A DNA stretch of 64,000 nt from Oscillospiraceae bacterium (GCA_031254195.1 JAIRUW010000060.1:1778-65777), one strand, 5' to 3'. Counted from the stretch's first letter, positions 35,341-45,385 are shown. Notes: generated by a model not told the origin, from the sequence alone. Made by a program: numbers and translations.

Positions 35341-35867
35341 CAGCTTTTTATCTTGTTTCGGATGTACATACGAAACGCCTCCAGCATACGCTCACTCGGC
35401 TCAAAAATCAGCAGAGTACGCTTGCCGTCCTTCGCGTGGAATATCGCAAACCAGCGGCCCGGCGCTTCGGTGTGGCTCGATACGTCCACTACGGTTGTGA
35501 TGGCTTGCGACTCATACTCGCCGCGGTAGTCTGTTTTATAGGGGGCTAAGATGTCGAAATTGCGGCAATCAACCGTCATGATGCGCTTGCGGGAGTTGCG
35601 CCCCATGATCTTGTCCACATCCATCTCGCCGTTCGTGACGATGTATTCAAATTCCAAATTCAAGCGGCGGAACAGGATGAGCATCCCCCAGCCCGCGCCC
35701 ACGATCGTAAACGGCATGATCATACCCAACGGAATCCCCGTAAACGCTTCCAGAATCAGAGGCAGAAGCGCCACGATGACCGCCGAAAACGACAGCAGGC
35801 ACTTTTGCATAAAGATCTTCAGGGTCGGGCGCCGTATCACCATATGTTCTACAAATACATCGGCCAT
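35340..35867 (-). CDS. small membrane protein, unknown function
   Basis: Track ORF trimmed to MADVFVEHMV behind an AAGGAGGA RBS. Two TM segments. Confidence 0.5.
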   Translation of the reverse strand: MADVFVEHMVIRRPTLKIFMQKCLLSFSAVIVALLPLILEAFTGIPLGMIMPFTIVGAGWGMLILFRRLNLEFEYIVTNGEMDVDKIMGRNSRKRIMTVDCRNFDILAPYKTDYRGEYESQAITTVVDVSSHTEAPGRWFAIFHAKDGKRTLLIFEPSERMLEAFRMYIRNKIKS

Positions 35868-36040
35868 AGCGAATCCTCCTTTAGGCCATAGCTTCCTATT
35901 CCCGTCTTCCGTCGGTCTATTTATTATATCACCGTTATCCCCATCTGACAAGCACAGCATCCTGTAGTTCCAGCATTGACAGACCACAAGCGGACGCGCA
36001 AAGCGCGCCCTTATAATGTGATAATTTCATATATATGGTT

Positions 36041-36067
36041 GCAGGGGCGGCCTTTGGCCGTCCACAG
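36041..36067. repeat. REP-like hairpin repeat (copy 5)
   Basis: GCAGGGGCGGCCTTTGGCCGTCCACAGG. Confidence 0.8.
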
Positions 36068-36074
36068 GCGTAAA

Positions 36075-36169
36075 CTCCCCCTGTCGCCTTCGGGCGACAT
36101 CCCCCTCTTGGAGAGGACAAAAACCTCCCTCTGAGAGGGAGGTAGGCGCCTCATGGCGGTCGGAGGGAG
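36075..36169. repeat. multi-hairpin palindromic element, intergenic relative of the mnmG insert
   Basis: Ends CTCCCCCTGTCGCC...GGCGGTCGGAGGGAG. Hairpins TGTCGCC-TTCG-GGCGACA, CCTCT-TGG-AGAGG and CCTCCCT-CTGAG-AGGGAGG. Confidence 0.65.
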
Positions 36170-36186
36170 ATAAATGCGTCCCGCCG

Positions 36187-36435
36187 TCAGTCGGCCGGAC
36201 GCTCGTTTTTGAGAAGATCCCCAACCTCGCATTGCAGGACATAGCAGATTTTCGCCACTACATCCAAGTCAACCCCTGAAATACCGTCCCCTTGATAATA
36301 ACGGTTAATCGTATTATAGGACAACCCCGTCATTTTCGCAACTTTATTCCTATTGAATCCTCGCATCTCCATTGCTTCTCTAAACGTTATAATAACTTTA
36401 CCGTAATTTTTCAGAACAAAAATTCCGCTATCCAT
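36187..36435 (-). CDS. XRE-family HTH regulator
   Basis: 82 aa. FNRNKVAKMTGLSYNTINRYYQG HTH. Confidence 0.7.
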   Translation of the reverse strand: MDSGIFVLKNYGKVIITFREAMEMRGFNRNKVAKMTGLSYNTINRYYQGDGISGVDLDVVAKICYVLQCEVGDLLKNERPAD

Positions 36436-36477
36436 GATGTCCCCCCTTCATGGATAGGGTATCATAGAATATGCCAC

Positions 36478-36506
36478 TTGACATTTACACATATTATTAT
36501 TATAAT
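36478..36506 (+). promoter_or_regulatory. consensus promoter TTGACA-17-TATAAT
   Basis: Perfect hexamers in an AT-rich divergent intergenic region. The inverted repeat TCCATGA-N10-TCATGGA at 36431-36454 may be the operator. Confidence 0.6.
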
Positions 36507-36537
36507 ACTATATCATATATATACAGAGGTGAATCAA

Positions 36538-36711
36538 GTGCCAGATTACAAAACCATGTATCTCAAGCTGTTCAACTCGATTACGGACGCGATTAAGCTG
36601 CTTGCCCAGTGGGATGACAGGGACGGGGCGGTCATGCGGCTCGTCAAGGCGCAGATGGACGCAGAGGAGATGTATATCGACCCGGAGGCTAAGAAGTGGG
36701 GAGATAAATAG
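36538..36711 (+). CDS. small hypothetical protein (57 aa) divergent from XRE gene
   Basis: GTG behind an AGAGGTG RBS (or ATG 36556). The 5' part of track ORF 36292-36711 is rejected. Confidence 0.45.
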   Translation: MPDYKTMYLKLFNSITDAIKLLAQWDDRDGAVMRLVKAQMDAEEMYIDPEAKKWGDK

Positions 36712-36715
36712 AAAA

Positions 36716-36740
36716 ATACCCCGTCCGGCGGACGGGGTAT
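36716..36740. terminator. bidirectional terminator between small ORF and rplQ
   Basis: ATACCCCGTCC-GGC-GGACGGGGTAT flanked by an A-run and a T-rich stretch. Confidence 0.65.
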
Positions 36741-36752
36741 CTTGATTCGTTT

Positions 36753-37100
36753 CTAGCCTTCCAAAATCTCCAGCACAGCCATCTCGGCGGCGTCGCCGCG
36801 CCGCGGGCCGATACGGGTGACACGGGTGTACCCGCCGTTGCGCTCCGCGAAGCGGGGAGCGATGTCTTCAAAGAGCTTTTTCACGGTGTCTTCCTTGGTG
36901 ATGAACGACATGGCGCGGCGGCGCGCGGCAATCGTGCCCTCCTTGCCGAGGGTTATCATCTTTTCCACGAGGGCGGCCGTGTCTTTAGCGCGCGTGACGG
37001 TAGTTTCGATGCGTTCCTTCTCTATGGCGGCGGTGACCTGCCCGCGCAGCATTGACATGCGGTGCGCGGTCGGGCGGCTCAATTTTCTTGTTCCGGGCAT
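36753..37100 (-). CDS. rplQ: 50S ribosomal protein L17
   Basis: 115 aa. Follows rpoA, the last gene of the alpha operon. Confidence 0.9.
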   Translation of the reverse strand: MPGTRKLSRPTAHRMSMLRGQVTAAIEKERIETTVTRAKDTAALVEKMITLGKEGTIAARRRAMSFITKEDTVKKLFEDIAPRFAERNGGYTRVTRIGPRRGDAAEMAVLEILEG

Positions 37101-37102
37101 GG

Positions 37103-38047
37103 TTATATATCCTCCCTCAGCGCCAGACCCATCGTCTGGAGCTTGTTGATAACTTCCTCCAGGCTCTTGCGCCCGAGGTTGCGCACCTTCATCATATCGC
37201 TCTCGCTCTTGGCCACCAGGTCTTCGACGATGTTGATGCCGGCGCGTTGGAGGCAGTTGAAGCTGCGGACGGAGAGGTCAAGCTCCTCGATGGTCATCTC
37301 CAGCATCTTGTCCCTTTGGGATTCGGGCTTGACAATAACGGTATTGCTCTTCCCCAGCTCCTCGCTGAGGTCGGTGAAGATCATCAGCAGGTCTGCCAGA
37401 ATCTTCGCGCCCAGTGAAACAGCGTCGCGTGCCGACAGGGTGGAATCGGTCCATACTTCCAGCGTCAGCTTATCGAAGTCGGTCATATTGCCGACACGGG
37501 TATTCTCAACGGAGAAGTTGACCTTCAGCACAGGCGTATAGACGCTGTCCACAGGAATCAGCCCGATAACGGCCTGCGGCGGCTTGTTGCGTTCCGCCGG
37601 CGCATATCCGCGCCCGTGGCTCATGGTCAGCTCCATCTCCAGGCGGCCATCCTCGGCTAAGGTGGCGATGTGCAAGTCGGGGTTGAGGATTTCAACCTCG
37701 CTGTCGGTACGGATGTCGCCGGCTGTAACCTCGCCCTCGCCGCTGGCCTCGATGTAGACTGTTTTTATGCCGGGGGAATATATCTTGGCGATAATGCCCT
37801 TGATATTCAAAATCAGCTCGGTAACGTCTTCTTTCACGCCTGGAATGGTGGAAAACTCATGGTGGACGCCGGCAATCTTGACGGTAGTGACCGCTGTGCC
37901 GGGCAGGGAGGAGAGCAGGATGCGGCGCAGGGAATTGCCCAATGTCGTGCCGTAACCGCGTTCCAAGGGCTCCACAATAAACTTTCCGTAAGAGCTGTCC
38001 TCATCCGTTCCTATACACTCAATGCGCGGCTTCTCTATCTCAATCAT
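37103..38047 (-). CDS. rpoA: DNA-directed RNA polymerase alpha subunit
   Basis: 314 aa. C-terminal [12 protein letters not shown] domain motif. Confidence 0.95.
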   Translation of the reverse strand: MIEIEKPRIECIGTDEDSSYGKFIVEPLERGYGTTLGNSLRRILLSSLPGTAVTTVKIAGVHHEFSTIPGVKEDVTELILNIKGIIAKIYSPGIKTVYIEASGEGEVTAGDIRTDSEVEILNPDLHIATLAEDGRLEMELTMSHGRGYAPAERNKPPQAVIGLIPVDSVYTPVLKVNFSVENTRVGNMTDFDKLTLEVWTDSTLSARDAVSLGAKILADLLMIFTDLSEELGKSNTVIVKPESQRDKMLEMTIEELDLSVRSFNCLQRAGINIVEDLVAKSESDMMKVRNLGRKSLEEVINKLQTMGLALREDI

Positions 38048-38095
38048 GTGAGCACTCCTTTATTCAACTTGGTGTATGGGGACTGAAACAGCGCG

Positions 38096-38722
38096 CTACT
38101 TGGAATACAACTCGACGATCAGGTGCTCCTCGATTGGAAGGTCGATGTCCTCCCGGACGGGCAGCGCCACGACCGACGCCTGAGCGTTGTCGCGGTCAAG
38201 CGACAGCCACTGCGGAACGGGGCGGGACGCGTTGTTTTCCATCACCGTCTTGAACCTGTCCAGGCTGCGGCTCTTGTTGGCCAGCGCCACGGTCATACCG
38301 GGCTTGACTAAGAAGGATGGGATATTCACGCGCCTTCCGTCAACGGTGACATGGCCGTGTGTGACGGCTTGCCGGGCCTCGGCGCGGCTCATGGCAAAGC
38401 CAAGGCGGTAAATGACATTGTCAAGGCGGCGTTCCAGCAAGGAAAGCAGGTTGTCGCCGGTTTGGCCGCTCATGCCGGTCGCCATGTTGAAATAGAGTCC
38501 GAACTGGCGCTCTAAAACGCCGTAATGGCGGCGGGCCTTCTGCTTCTCGCGGAGCTGGGTGCCGTATTCGCTGGGCTTTTTGCGGCCTTGCCCGTGCTGT
38601 CCGGGGGCATACATGCGGCGGTCAACGGCGCATTTTTCCGAATAGCACCGGTCGCCCTTGAGAAACATCTTCAACCCCTCACGGCGGCACTGGCGGCACA
38701 CCGCGTCTGTATATCTGGCCAT
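38096..38722 (-). CDS. rpsD: 30S ribosomal protein S4
   Basis: 208 aa. [16 protein letters not shown] start. Confidence 0.95.
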   Translation of the reverse strand: MARYTDAVCRQCRREGLKMFLKGDRCYSEKCAVDRRMYAPGQHGQGRKKPSEYGTQLREKQKARRHYGVLERQFGLYFNMATGMSGQTGDNLLSLLERRLDNVIYRLGFAMSRAEARQAVTHGHVTVDGRRVNIPSFLVKPGMTVALANKSRSLDRFKTVMENNASRPVPQWLSLDRDNAQASVVALPVREDIDLPIEEHLIVELYSK

Positions 38723-38723
38723 A

Positions 38724-39125
38724 TTACACTCTCCTCCTCTTGGGCGGGCGGCAGCCGTTGTGCGGGATGGGCGTTACGTCTTTAATCATCGTTACGTCCA
38801 AGCCGACGGCCTGCAATGCCCGGATGGCGGCCTCGCGCCCCGATCCCGGACCCTTGACATAGACCTCGACTGATTTCAGGCCGTGCTCCATCGCCGCCTT
38901 CGCAGCGGTCTCGGCGGCGGTCTGTGCGGCAAACGGCGTGGACTTGCGGCTTCCGCGGAAGCCCAGTCCGCCCGACGACGCCCATGACAGGGCGTTGCCC
39001 TGCACGTCGGTGATGGTCACCATCGTGTTGTTGAAGGAGGAACGGATATGCACCGCGCCTTTTTCAATATTTTTGCGTTCGCGGCGTTTTCTGGACACGC
39101 CCCGTTTGGCTTTTGGTTGCGGCAT
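38724..39125 (-). CDS. rpsK: 30S ribosomal protein S11
   Basis: Start trimmed to MPQPKAKRG (GGAAAGGA RBS 8 nt upstream). [15 protein letters not shown]. Confidence 0.9.
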   Translation of the reverse strand: MPQPKAKRGVSRKRRERKNIEKGAVHIRSSFNNTMVTITDVQGNALSWASSGGLGFRGSRKSTPFAAQTAAETAAKAAMEHGLKSVEVYVKGPGSGREAAIRALQAVGLDVTMIKDVTPIPHNGCRPPKRRRV

Positions 39126-39143
39126 TGATTTCATCCTTTCCTA

Positions 39144-39212
39144 TGTCACGCTCCATGCGCGGCTTGCGGCTGGGTCAGAAGTGAATTCCTCCCCTGCAAG
39201 CCGATGGAGCAG
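39144..39212 (-). repeat. structured spacer element, type 1 (copy A, rpsM|rpsK)
   Basis: mRNA sense GCUCCAU-CGGCUUGC-[loop]-GCAAGCCG-CGC-AUGGAGCGUGACA. Ends 1 nt before the rpsK SD. Confidence 0.75.
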
Positions 39213-39214
39213 TT

Positions 39215-39583
39215 TTACTTCTTCTTATTGGCAATCGTACGCTTCGGGCCTTTGCGTGTGCGGGCGTTGGTCTTCGACCGCTGGCCGCGTACCGGCAGGC
39301 CCCTGCGGTGGCGCAGACCGCGGTAACTGCCGATCTCGATCAAACGCTTGATGTCCAGCGCAACGTCACGGCGCAGGTCGCCCTCCACTTTGAGGTCTTT
39401 TTCAATGACCTCGCGCAGCTTCGCGACTTCCTCTTCCGTCAGCTTCTTCACGCGCGTGTCAGGGCTGATGCCCGTTTGAGCGAGGATCTTGTTGGATGTG
39501 GTGCGGCCGATCCCGAAGATGTATGTCAGGCCAATCTCCACCCGTTTTTCTTTCGGCAGGTCTACGCCGGCAATACGAGCCAT
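39215..39583 (-). CDS. rpsM: 30S ribosomal protein S13
   Basis: 122 aa. [10 protein letters not shown] start. Confidence 0.95.
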   Translation of the reverse strand: MARIAGVDLPKEKRVEIGLTYIFGIGRTTSNKILAQTGISPDTRVKKLTEEEVAKLREVIEKDLKVEGDLRRDVALDIKRLIEIGSYRGLRHRRGLPVRGQRSKTNARTRKGPKRTIANKKK

Positions 39584-39599
39584 GTGTTCTTCCCCCTAA

Positions 39600-39713
39600 T
39601 TAACCTTGACGTTGTTTGTGTTTAGGATTTTCGCAGATAATCATCACGCGCCCGTGGCGCTTGATGATCTTACACTTTTCGCACATCGGCTTGACCGAAG
39701 GACGCACTTTCAT
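39600..39713 (-). CDS. rpmJ: 50S ribosomal protein L36
   Basis: Track ORF trimmed to the 37-aa [37 protein letters not shown]. Confidence 0.9.
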   Translation of the reverse strand: MKVRPSVKPMCEKCKIIKRHGRVMIICENPKHKQRQG

Positions 39714-39762
39714 GATTACCACCCTTTCGCCGCGCTCCGCTGTAGGAGCCGCTTGGTTTATT

Positions 39763-39981
39763 TTACTTGGATCTCCATGTAATTCTTCCACGAGTTAAGT
39801 CGTACGGCGACATTTGCAAGGTAACTTTATCGCCGGGGAGGATACGGATAAAGTTCATACGCAGTTTCCCTGAAATGTGAGCGTGGATCACATGCCCCCC
39901 GGAAATCTCCACTTTGAACTGCGCGTTGGGCAGCGCTTCCCGAACGACGCCTTCGACTTCGATCATATCGTCTTTTGCCAC
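39763..39981 (-). CDS. infA: translation initiation factor IF-1
   Basis: 72 aa. [13 protein letters not shown]...[10 protein letters not shown]. Confidence 0.95.
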   Translation of the reverse strand: MAKDDMIEVEGVVREALPNAQFKVEISGGHVIHAHISGKLRMNFIRILPGDKVTLQMSPYDLTRGRITWRSK

Positions 39982-40000
39982 GCGAGTTCACCTCCCCATT

Positions 40001-40762
40001 TCATACGGAACCCTCCGTCAATGTCAGCAATTCCGGCTCGCCCGCCATAACCAGCACCGTGTGCTCATAATGGGCGGCCAATGACCCGTCCGCCGTGACC
40101 ACTGTCCAATTATCGCGCAGGACCTCCGTCTTGCCTCTGCCGGCCGCGATCATCGGCTCAATGGCGAGCGTCATGCCGGGCAGCAGCCTCGAACCGCGTT
40201 TCCCGTCGGAAAAGTTAGGCACCTCCGGGTCTTCATGGAGACTGCGCCCCACGCCGTGACCGGTCCAGTCGCGCACGACGTCACAGCCGTTGCTCTGTGC
40301 GTAATCCTGGATAGCCGCCGAGATTTCGGAGACACGCGCCCCTGAAACTGCCCGCGCGGCACCCCTGAAAAAACATTCGCGCGCCACTCCGATCAGCCGC
40401 CGGGCCTTTTCGGAGACAGTGCCCACCGCGAAAGTGGCGGCGGTGTCCCCGTGGAACCCTTCAAAGCACGCGCCTACATCTATGCTGACAATATCGCCCT
40501 CTTGTAAAACCCGCCGCCGTGACGGAATCCCGTGGATGACTTCCTCGTTGACCGACGTGTTGCAGGAGGCGGGGTAGCCCCGGTAGCCTAGAAAACTGGG
40601 GGACGCGCCATGCCTCTGTATCAGTCGCCGTATGGCGTCGTCAATCTGCTTTGTCGTGACGCCCGGCCGGGCCAGCTTTCCGCCCTCTATGAGCGCCAGC
40701 GCCGCGATACGTCCGGCTTTTCGCATGGATTCAATCTCGCGCCCGGACTTGACCAAAATCAT
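40001..40762 (-). CDS. map: type I methionine aminopeptidase
   Basis: 253 aa. Metal ligand contexts DIVSIDVG, HGVG, EPM. Confidence 0.9.
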   Translation of the reverse strand: MILVKSGREIESMRKAGRIAALALIEGGKLARPGVTTKQIDDAIRRLIQRHGASPSFLGYRGYPASCNTSVNEEVIHGIPSRRRVLQEGDIVSIDVGACFEGFHGDTAATFAVGTVSEKARRLIGVARECFFRGAARAVSGARVSEISAAIQDYAQSNGCDVVRDWTGHGVGRSLHEDPEVPNFSDGKRGSRLLPGMTLAIEPMIAAGRGKTEVLRDNWTVVTADGSLAAHYEHTVLVMAGEPELLTLTEGSV

Positions 40763-41394
40763 GCCAAGGCTTCCATGATGCGGCGGTTGATTTCTTCCAA
40801 GCCACCCGTTCCCACAACACAGCGCAAGCGCCCCAGGCGTTCATAAAAGCCCTTCAGCGGCTCCGACTGCTCATGGTAGACGCGCAGCCGCTCCCGCACC
40901 GTTTCAGGGTTATCGTCAGCCCGCTGTATCAGCGAGCCCTTGCACAAATCGCATACGCCTTCCTGTTTAGGCGGGTTGTTTTGCTTGTGGAAGACCGCGT
41001 TGCAGGCGGGGCAGACGCGCCGCCCGGCCATGCGGTTTTCGATGTCGCTGTCGGGAACCTCGATCGAAAGCGCGACCTCCGGGCTGATACCCAGCTCTTC
41101 CAGCAATTCCGCCTGTGGGATGGTGCGCGGGAACCCGTCGAGAATGTAGCCGTTCGCGCAGTCGCTGTCTTCCAGCCGCTGTTTGAGCGCTTCCGCTACG
41201 ATCTCGTCCGGCACCAGCTTGCCTCCGTCCACGTACGCTTTGGCTTTGATGCCGATCTCCGTCTGCTCCCGTATGGCGCTCCGTAAAATGTCGCCTGTAG
41301 AGATGACCGGTACACTGAGATTCTTGCTGACCATGGCGGCCTGCGTTCCCTTACCGGAACCGGGCGCGCCGAGCAAAATCAAAACCAATTTCAT
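40759..41394 (-). CDS. adk: adenylate kinase
   Basis: Start trimmed to MKLVLILLGAPGSGKGTQ. Zinc-lid CPAC...CDLC. Confidence 0.9.
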   Translation of the reverse strand: MKLVLILLGAPGSGKGTQAAMVSKNLSVPVISTGDILRSAIREQTEIGIKAKAYVDGGKLVPDEIVAEALKQRLEDSDCANGYILDGFPRTIPQAELLEELGISPEVALSIEVPDSDIENRMAGRRVCPACNAVFHKQNNPPKQEGVCDLCKGSLIQRADDNPETVRERLRVYHEQSEPLKGFYERLGRLRCVVGTGGLEEINRRIMEALA

Positions 41395-41434
41395 CACCGT
41401 CCGCTCTGTATAACTGTTTAGTGTGAACCGTACT

Positions 41435-42706
41435 TTATTCAAGGAACCCTTTATAGTGCCGCATCATCATCTGGGATTCGATGGCTTTGACCGTCTCCAA
41501 GGCAACGCCGACAACAATCAGCAACGACGTGCCGCCCATGGCCAGCCCGGGGACCGTCAGCACACCGCTCATAATGATCGGCATGACGGCGATCATCCCC
41601 AAGAAGAGGGCGCCAAACAGGGTGATCCGGTTGAGTACCCTGCGGATGAAGTCGCTGGTTGGTTTGCCGGGACGGAACCCCGGTACAAAACCGCCGTTGT
41701 TCTTGAGGTTATTGGCAATTTCAATCGGATTGAACTGGATCGACTGATAAAAATAGCTGAAAGCGATAATCAAAAGCAGATAAAACACAGCGTAAGGCCA
41801 GGAACCGGGTCCGAACCATCTGTCCACCGTGTCGTTCGCACCTTGAGAGACGAACGTAGCGATGGTCGCGGGGAAGGAGACGATGGCGGAGGCAAAGATA
41901 ATCGGCATGACGCCCGACATATTCACTTTCAGCGGCAGATAGGTGCTCTGCCCGCCGTACATCTTGCGTCCGACCATCCGCTTGCTGTATTGGATTGGGA
42001 GACGGCGCTCCGCCTGGGTGATGAAGACGACAAATGTCACGGCAATGACAGCCACCAGAAGGATGCCAGCCAGCTGAATCCAGCCGTTCTGCATCCCGGC
42101 CAGGGCGATGCCGCTTTGCACCATATCCGGCCCGCGCGATACGATAGAGGCGAAGAGGATGATGGAGATGCCGTTGCCTACGCCAAATTCGGTAATCTGC
42201 TCGCCCAGCCACATGATGAAAGCCGAGCCGGCGGTCAGGGTCAGGACGATGACAAAGCCCGCGAATACGGAATCGTCGGTCAGCACCTGATAGTTGCGCA
42301 TCATTACGTATTGTCCGAAGCCCAGCAGGAGACCCAAAAGAACTGTGGCATAACGGGTGATCGCCGCGATTTTCTTACGGCCTTCCTCGCCGCCTTCCTT
42401 CTGAAGCCGCTCCAGCGCCGGGATGCCGACGGTGAGCAGGTTCATGATGATGGAGGCGTTGATATAGGGCTGAATGGAGAGGGAGAAAATAGACGCTTCG
42501 GAGAAGGCGCCGCCGCTCATCATATTGACCAGTCCCAGCGCCGTATTGGCGAGTTGCTCCTCAAACAGCGTGGCAAAAGCCCCGCTGTCTACAAAAGGCG
42601 TGAACACCTGCGCGCCAAAACGGTAGATGGCCAGTATGGCGATCGTGAACAGTATTTTGTTTCGCAGCTCCTTGATCTTCCATGCGTTACGCAGCGTTTC
42701 AATCAT
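41435..42706 (-). CDS. secY: preprotein translocase subunit SecY
   Basis: 423 aa, 10 TM segments. Canonical position after rplO. Confidence 0.95.
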   Translation of the reverse strand: MIETLRNAWKIKELRNKILFTIAILAIYRFGAQVFTPFVDSGAFATLFEEQLANTALGLVNMMSGGAFSEASIFSLSIQPYINASIIMNLLTVGIPALERLQKEGGEEGRKKIAAITRYATVLLGLLLGFGQYVMMRNYQVLTDDSVFAGFVIVLTLTAGSAFIMWLGEQITEFGVGNGISIILFASIVSRGPDMVQSGIALAGMQNGWIQLAGILLVAVIAVTFVVFITQAERRLPIQYSKRMVGRKMYGGQSTYLPLKVNMSGVMPIIFASAIVSFPATIATFVSQGANDTVDRWFGPGSWPYAVFYLLLIIAFSYFYQSIQFNPIEIANNLKNNGGFVPGFRPGKPTSDFIRRVLNRITLFGALFLGMIAVMPIIMSGVLTVPGLAMGGTSLLIVVGVALETVKAIESQMMMRHYKGFLE

Positions 42707-42733
42707 GATGAAAATCCTTTCAAGTCCAGCGGC

Positions 42734-43177
42734 TCAGCGCTTCGTTTCGCACTTGCCTCCGGCGGCCTCGATTTTTTCCTTCGCTGACGCCGAGAAGCTG
42801 TCCGCAACGATGGTCAGCGCCGCCTTGATCTCCCCGTTGCCCAACACCTTAAGCCCGTGAGGACATTTGCGCAGGATACGCTTTTCCAGTAAAAGCTCCG
42901 CCGTGACGGTGGAACCGGCTTCAAAGCCTTCGAGCACACTGAGGTTAATGGCGGTCAGCGGCGTCGCGAAACGGTTGTTGAAACCGCGCTTGGGCAAACG
43001 TATCTTGAGCGGCATCTGACCGCCCTCAAAGCCACGCTTCCTGCTGTAGCCGCTGCGGGATTTCTGGCCTTTATGCCCTCTGCCGGAGGTCTTGCCATTG
43101 CCCGACGCCGGACCGCGGCCTACGCGGAACCCTTCGCGCCGCGCGCCCTCCGCCGGGGCCAACTCATGCAGTTTCAT
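42734..43177 (-). CDS. rplO: 50S ribosomal protein L15
   Basis: 147 aa. [14 protein letters not shown]..GRGxxSGNGKTSGRG. Confidence 0.95.
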   Translation of the reverse strand: MKLHELAPAEGARREGFRVGRGPASGNGKTSGRGHKGQKSRSGYSRKRGFEGGQMPLKIRLPKRGFNNRFATPLTAINLSVLEGFEAGSTVTAELLLEKRILRKCPHGLKVLGNGEIKAALTIVADSFSASAKEKIEAAGGKCETKR

Positions 43178-43353
43178 TTCGTCTCCCCCTGTATCTTCAC
43201 AAGGTAGCGGATTTGGTTCAGCTTGCCGCGCGTCGCCTCGTTGTCGGGCTGCTCCGTAGTATTGCCTATGCGCCGCAAGCCGAGACTGTGGGCAGTGGCG
43301 ATGTGTTTGTCATGGCGGCCGTTGAGGCTTTTGATCAATGTAATTTTAACCAT
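43174..43353 (-). CDS. rpmD: 50S ribosomal protein L30
   Basis: Track ORF trimmed to [10 protein letters not shown] (59 aa). Confidence 0.85.
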   Translation of the reverse strand: MVKITLIKSLNGRHDKHIATAHSLGLRRIGNTTEQPDNEATRGKLNQIRYLVKIQGETK

Positions 43354-43870
43354 GGCGGGCCTCCAGAATACTCTCCGGCGATTTTCCGCGCACCCGCGCC
43401 ACATCCGCGACGCTCTTCAAGGACATCAGCCCCTGCATCGTTGCGGTGACGACGTTTTGCGGATTGTTGGAGCGCAAGCACTTGGTGCGCACATCGCGAA
43501 TGCCCGCGGCTTCCATGACCGCGCGCACCGGACCGCCCGCGATAACTCCGGTACCGGGCGCGGCGGGCTTAAGCAGTACGCGCCCCGCGCCGAACGCACC
43601 GATGACCTCGTGCGGGATGGTCGTACCTTTAAGGTTGATTTTGACAAGGTTTTTCTTCGCGTCCTCGATACCCTTGCGGATGGCGTCGGGCACCTCGCCC
43701 GCTTTACCAAGCCCAAAGCCCACCGTACCGTTGCCGTCGCCCACGACGACCAGCGCGGCGAACTTAAAGATACGCCCGCCTTTCACGGTCTTAGAGACAC
43801 GGTTGAGGGAAATGACTTTTTCCTTCATATCGGACGCGCCCGCGTCGAATTTGTTTTGTTGATACGGCAT
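43346..43870 (-). CDS. rpsE: 30S ribosomal protein S5
   Basis: 174 aa. [24 protein letters not shown]. Confidence 0.95.
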   Translation of the reverse strand: MPYQQNKFDAGASDMKEKVISLNRVSKTVKGGRIFKFAALVVVGDGNGTVGFGLGKAGEVPDAIRKGIEDAKKNLVKINLKGTTIPHEVIGAFGAGRVLLKPAAPGTGVIAGGPVRAVMEAAGIRDVRTKCLRSNNPQNVVTATMQGLMSLKSVADVARVRGKSPESILEARHG

Positions 43871-43888
43871 ATTTTGTCATTCCCTCCC

Positions 43889-44251
43889 TTAAAATTCTAA
43901 TCCGGCTTCTCTCGCGCCTTCGGCCAGCTCCTGCACGCGCCCGTGGTAGAGATAGCCGCCGCGGTCGAAGACCACGCTTTTGATGCCCTTTTTGACGGCT
44001 CGCGCGGCGACCAGCTTGCCCACCTCGCGGGCTCCTTCCTTGTTGCTGCCGCTCTTGCCCTTGAACTCCTTGTCCAGCGACGAGGCAGAGCAGAGCGTCG
44101 TGCCTGTCCCGTCGTCGATGACCTGCGCGTAGATGTGGTTTAAGCTGCGGTATACGTTGAGGCGCGGACGGGACGCCGTCCCCTCGATCTTCCCGCGTAC
44201 GCGCCTGTGCCTTCTCTGGCGCTGTGCCTCGGTATCAGGCCGTTTGACCAT
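43889..44251 (-). CDS. rplR: 50S ribosomal protein L18
   Basis: 120 aa. [23 protein letters not shown]. Confidence 0.95.
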   Translation of the reverse strand: MVKRPDTEAQRQRRHRRVRGKIEGTASRPRLNVYRSLNHIYAQVIDDGTGTTLCSASSLDKEFKGKSGSNKEGAREVGKLVAARAVKKGIKSVVFDRGGYLYHGRVQELAEGAREAGLEF

Positions 44252-44266
44252 TTGTCCCCGCCCCCT

Positions 44267-44812
44267 TTACTTCTTCTTGCCGCCGGTCTTGCCTTCCTTG
44301 CGGCGAATGACCTCTCCGGCGTATTTGATGCCCTTGCCCTTATACGGCTCCGGCGGGCGCTTCTCGCGTATCTCGGCGGCCAGCTGGCCGACCCGCTGCT
44401 TGTCGCTGCCCGAAACGGTAATCTTGTTTCCTTCCACGGCGATGGCCAAGCCCTCGGGCGGATCAATGAACACTTGATGCGAGTATCCTACGTTGAGGAC
44501 CAGCTGTTTGCCCTGCATAGCGGCGCGGTAACCGACGCCGTTGACCTCCAGCTGTTTTGTAAAGCCCGCCGTGACGCCCACGACCATATTGTCGAGCAGT
44601 GTACGCCCCAGGCCGTGCTGGCTGCGGTGCTCCTTGCTGTCGGTAGAGCGCTTGGCATTGATGAAACCGCCGTCCCGCTCAAACGCAATCATCGGCGGGA
44701 GCTGCTGCGCGAGCGTCCCTTTCGGGCCTTTGACGGTGGCGAAGTTGGACTCACTGAGATTGACCTCTACGCCTGCCGGCACAGGGATGGGTTTCCTTCC
44801 GATTCGTGACAT
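44267..44812 (-). CDS. rplF: 50S ribosomal protein L6
   Basis: 181 aa. [15 protein letters not shown]. Confidence 0.95.
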   Translation of the reverse strand: MSRIGRKPIPVPAGVEVNLSESNFATVKGPKGTLAQQLPPMIAFERDGGFINAKRSTDSKEHRSQHGLGRTLLDNMVVGVTAGFTKQLEVNGVGYRAAMQGKQLVLNVGYSHQVFIDPPEGLAIAVEGNKITVSGSDKQRVGQLAAEIREKRPPEPYKGKGIKYAGEVIRRKEGKTGGKKK

Positions 44813-44827
44813 GTTACTCCCCTCCCC

Positions 44828-45226
44828 TTACCATACGAACGCCAGGACTTCCCCGCCGACATGCGCCGCGCGCGCCTTCTTGTCGGTCATAAGCCCTTTT
44901 GAGGTCGAAATGATGGCGATGCCAAGGCCACGCAGCACCTGCGGCAGCTCTTCCGCGCCCGCGTAAATGCGCAGGCCGGGTTTGGAGACGCGGCGCAGGC
45001 CGGTGATGGCCTTCTCTTTGGTCGGCAGGTATTTCAGTGTGATGCGGATGACGCCCTGCCCTTTGTCGTCGATGTGCTGGACATTCTTGATATACCCTTC
45101 CTCAAGAAGGATGCCGGCAATCGACTTCTTTAGGTTGGAAGCCGGGATGTCCACGGTTTCGTGCCGGGCCGCGTTGGCGTTTCGGATGCGCGTCAGCAGA
45201 TCGGCTACGGGGTCGGTGATTTGCAT
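44828..45226 (-). CDS. rpsH: 30S ribosomal protein S8
   Basis: 132 aa. [13 protein letters not shown]. Confidence 0.95.
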   Translation of the reverse strand: MQITDPVADLLTRIRNANAARHETVDIPASNLKKSIAGILLEEGYIKNVQHIDDKGQGVIRITLKYLPTKEKAITGLRRVSKPGLRIYAGAEELPQVLRGLGIAIISTSKGLMTDKKARAAHVGGEVLAFVW

Positions 45227-45275
45227 AGTGCTACCTCCTGTTATGTTGAGGTGTCAGGAGGGACGGTTTTTGAGT

Positions 45276-45360
45276 GTTACGCTCCATGCGCGCCTCGCGG
45301 GCGGTCTTGTAAGCGGGAAGCGAGTTCCCCCTTACACTCCCTGCTCGGCGATGGAGCAGC
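45276..45360 (-). repeat. structured spacer element, type 1 (copy B, rpsN|rpsH)
   Basis: GCUCCAU-CGCC...GGCG-CGC-AUGGAGCGUAACA with a longer internal hairpin. The spacer is 159 nt. Confidence 0.7.
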
Positions 45361-45385
45361 TCATCTCAAACCTTTCTCCCCTGTT

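Noticed and set aside
36292-36537. 5' two-thirds of track ORF 36292-36711 (139 aa)
   Set aside because: It overlaps the XRE gene in antisense and runs across the consensus promoter. Only the part after the RBS and GTG 36538 is plausible.
41423-42787. 454-aa plus-strand ORF
   Set aside because: It lies entirely antisense to secY and has an Arg/Gly/His/Asp-rich composition. It is a stop-poor shadow frame typical of GC-rich coding DNA, with no RBS or gene context.
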